Source: Oopsacas minuta
Taxonomy: Eukaryota > Animalia > Porifera
DNA: 64,000 bases
Direction: 5' to 3'
Assembly: GCA_024704765.1 (NCBI GenBank)
Contig: JAKMXF010000302.1
Coordinates: forward strand, 1-64,000
Shown: one piece after another, positions 61,535 to 64,000 of the stretch
Layout: every line of letters starts with the position of its first letter
Position numbering within the stretch: the stretch's first letter is position 1
Notes under the pieces: generated by a model
Told to the model about the DNA's origin: nothing
Seen by the model: the letters and a program-made list of their open reading frames with translations, nothing else
Database searches by the model: none
Translations under genes and position numbers: made by a program

Positions 61535-63088
61535 ATGTCGAATCATTCTGGGAAGAGCGATTTCCAGAGTCAAATCGCTGAGAAGAGAGAATTGATCACT
61601 ACAAGTATAGCTAATATAATCTTACAGCTGAGAGGACTTGAATCTAAACTGCTACAGGAGCTAACTACTCTAGAACGTGAATATGAAGAGGAGAATATGA
61701 CAGAGACTGAGAATCTTATCAACTTAACTAAAGTTAAGAATAATATGAGTAGAGTGCTTAACAATCCTTCTCAGAGTACTAACCTTCAAAATCAGCTGAT
61801 CAGTAGACAGATACAAATGTGTCTGGATAGAATGACTTCTAAGAATCTTATTTTAGTCTGGGACAATAAAATAGAAGATTTACTCCTCTCTGAGTTTTGT
61901 AAGATAGTAGTTATTGAGAAACCATCTCCTTCTCCAGAGCATAAACAATCAGAGACTATTTCAAATGCTCCAGACCTTGACGACCCCTTAATTCCAATAG
62001 ATGATATTACTACAGAGCTGTCTGGCTTTGCATTGAACATAAACACGAATACTACTATTAGTAGAATTGAACCTTCAAATTATGACCATTCTCTCTCCCT
62101 GATTCCTACAAATGATATTTCCCCTATCCTCCCAGAACCATTTCCTGAGATTTTAGAGCCCAATTATATTGCCCCTGTACCTGTATGTCTCACACCATCA
62201 GATGGTACCTCTGCTACGAATTATTCCGATAAAGTTCGCAGAGAATTACCAGATCAGTACCGATCAGCTGGTGTCCCTATCTACTCTGCTTGTCCTTACG
62301 GTAGCGGAAGATCTGAGCTTATGGATGCTAGAGGAATAGCTGTACAAAGGAATGCTAAGAGAATATACATTGCAGATAGAGGTAATAATCGTGTACAAGT
62401 TTTTCGTGACACAGGGAAATTCGTATTTAGTTTCACTGACATAGAGATGGAAGGTCCAAAAGGTATTTGTATCAAAGAGAACCTTGGATTAGTATTCGTT
62501 ACAATGTGCGACAAGAACTCTGTTCATTGTTACTCACTAGATGGTTACTTACTCAGAAAGATAGGTCGTTCAGGTGTGGGACTCTCTCAATTCAATCAGC
62601 CCTGTGGTATAGCTACTGATAACATCTGTAAGGTTTATGTGTGTGACTTTGGAAATAATCGTATACAAGTGTTTACTAAGGATTTGAGATGCATAACAAT
62701 CCTCACCAATAAAGTTACTGAACCAACAGACGTTAAGATTATTAACGATGTTGTGTACATATTAGATCATAGAAAGTTGTGTGTCAGTACATTCAGTAGG
62801 GGAGGAGCCTTCATGAGTGAGATTGTATCTTGTGGACCTGAATCGTACCAGGTTAAACACCCATACTTCTTTGATATCGACTCCAGAGGCAATTTCTTGA
62901 TATCAGATCTCTATAACGATTGTATCAAGGTATTCTCTCCGAGTGGTAAATTCCTCTGCGATATTGGGGCCCCTGGAGATGATGAGGGACAATTCATAAG
63001 GCCCACAGGCATTGCACTTGTTGAATCATGTATTGTTACGATATGTGAAAGAGCGAAGAATCAGCTTCAAATTTTCAAACTGGACTGA
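61535..63088 (+). CDS. NHL-repeat beta-propeller protein (coiled coil, Pro-rich linker, NHL), 517 aa
   Basis: IYIADRGNNRVQVF, FNQPCGIATD..VYVCDFGNNRIQVF, HPYFFDIDSRGNFLISDLYNDCIKVFSPSGKFL..IG..G...GQFIRPTGI. Confidence 0.9.
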   Translation: MSNHSGKSDFQSQIAEKRELITTSIANIILQLRGLESKLLQELTTLEREYEEENMTETENLINLTKVKNNMSRVLNNPSQSTNLQNQLISRQIQMCLDRMTSKNLILVWDNKIEDLLLSEFCKIVVIEKPSPSPEHKQSETISNAPDLDDPLIPIDDITTELSGFALNINTNTTISRIEPSNYDHSLSLIPTNDISPILPEPFPEILEPNYIAPVPVCLTPSDGTSATNYSDKVRRELPDQYRSAGVPIYSACPYGSGRSELMDARGIAVQRNAKRIYIADRGNNRVQVFRDTGKFVFSFTDIEMEGPKGICIKENLGLVFVTMCDKNSVHCYSLDGYLLRKIGRSGVGLSQFNQPCGIATDNICKVYVCDFGNNRIQVFTKDLRCITILTNKVTEPTDVKIINDVVYILDHRKLCVSTFSRGGAFMSEIVSCGPESYQVKHPYFFDIDSRGNFLISDLYNDCIKVFSPSGKFLCDIGAPGDDEGQFIRPTGIALVESCIVTICERAKNQLQIFKLD

Positions 63089-63830
63089 TTATAATTATCT
63101 GTTTACTAATACGAATTATTTGGAGTTTTATTGTTGTGCAATTTTTCTATTTCTTACATATTTTAATTATTTCATATTCTTATAATTCTCCTTTATTAAC
63201 TTAATAATATTAGCTCTTATCTTACTATGTCAGAAGTAAACCATCTTCTGCACGGGACTATTACCTTCTTTATACCATTCTGGATTCTGATATGGATCTC
63301 AGCCTGTGTGTTTGGCAGAATAAAACAGTGTAAATCTCCAAATTAGATTACCTAAACTGATGGAAAATTTCTTTTAAATGTTTATAAATTTTATTTGTTG
63401 TTAATGATTGCTTAATGCAAAATTGGAAATCAATTGTTTATTTTTTTTTTGTATTATTGTCTTGAGAGTTTTACATTTGAATGAACCATAGTAACTAAGG
63501 ATTATAAAGGAATGTTAATACGTATTATTTACTTTATAATTTTCTTTAACACATTCCATACGAACTTATAACTGTTGCCATGCAAATGAACTATGTGTAA
63601 CAAGATACTATTAGCTGTAGAACTCTTACAAATACACAGTATCACCACATTATTACGATTTACTGGAAACAGTAGGAATGTGGATAAAATATCAACATTC
63701 CAATGTGTATCTAGTGAAGCGACAATAAATCCATTATACAATATAATAGCTAAAAACCACTTTTCATAGAAATAACTTTACTTATTGTACTTACATTGTT
63801 TGTTGATAATCTAATAATTTATTAGTTCAT

Positions 63831-64000
63831 ATGATGGAAGAAGAATTGAGCTATTACAAAATGCCTCGTACAGGAGAGAGAGACCTGATTCAAACTCTTA
63901 ATAATCGTCTACAGGATTATATCGAGAAAGTGAAGAGTTCTTCAGAACAAGAGGATCTTGAGCCCAGACTAGATGAGTTGGTACGTAACCGAGATAATGA
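63831..64000 (+). CDS. Intermediate-filament (lamin-like) protein, 5' end only, runs off the window
   Basis: Manual translation MMEEELSYYKMPRTGERDLIQTLNNRLQDYIEKVKSSSEQEDLEPRLDELVRNRDN contains the coil-1A signature LNxRLxxYIEKV. Absent from the ORF track because it is truncated. Confidence 0.75.
   Translation, partial: MMEEELSYYKMPRTGERDLIQTLNNRLQDYIEKVKSSSEQEDLEPRLDELVRNRDN

Noticed and set aside
467-62514. Many short antisense or overlapping ORFs in the track (e.g. 5712..5969, 10241..10588, 19788..19976, 27683..28120, 45923..46366, 54051..54380)
   Set aside because: They are shadows of real genes on the opposite strand or in another frame, with no recognisable domains.
1-64000. tRNA, rRNA, snRNA/SL-RNA genes, transposase or reverse-transcriptase ORFs
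   Set aside because: No T-loop/anticodon cloverleaf, rRNA signature or RT/transposase motif was recognised by eye; small RNAs cannot be excluded without a covariance search.

Overview
Eukaryotic (animal-type) nuclear DNA: AT-rich, very gene-dense (about 30 protein-coding genes in 64 kb) and almost intron-free. Genes that have many exons in vertebrates (IFT122, EMC1, XPR1, RECQL, OLA1, GTF2B, CAPZB) are single uninterrupted ORFs here. I could place only about 8 coding introns (50-295 nt), in an ankyrin gene, a transglutaminase, SPEN and ERICH6. The combination of compaction, RING-less NHL proteins and a divergent TRAF resembles a glass-sponge (hexactinellid)-like genome; that is an inference, not something the sequence proves. 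Genes sit in long co-oriented runs with 90-250 nt gaps, and almost every start codon has a splice-acceptor-like tract just upstream, which suggests operon-like transcription with spliced-leader trans-splicing (or ubiquitous short 5'UTR introns). Other highlights: a ubiquitin-like protein ending in a prenylation CAAX motif instead of GlyGly; NAF1 with an 84-bp x ~12 coding tandem repeat; a miniature SPEN (~991 aa); an intermediate-filament gene start missed by the ORF track; a sulfotransferase apparently starting at GUG; an NHL paralogue with an in-frame premature stop; candidate 3'UTR introns in the SRSF1-like gene; and two non-coding hairpins. No rRNA, tRNA, CRISPR array or intact transposon was recognised.
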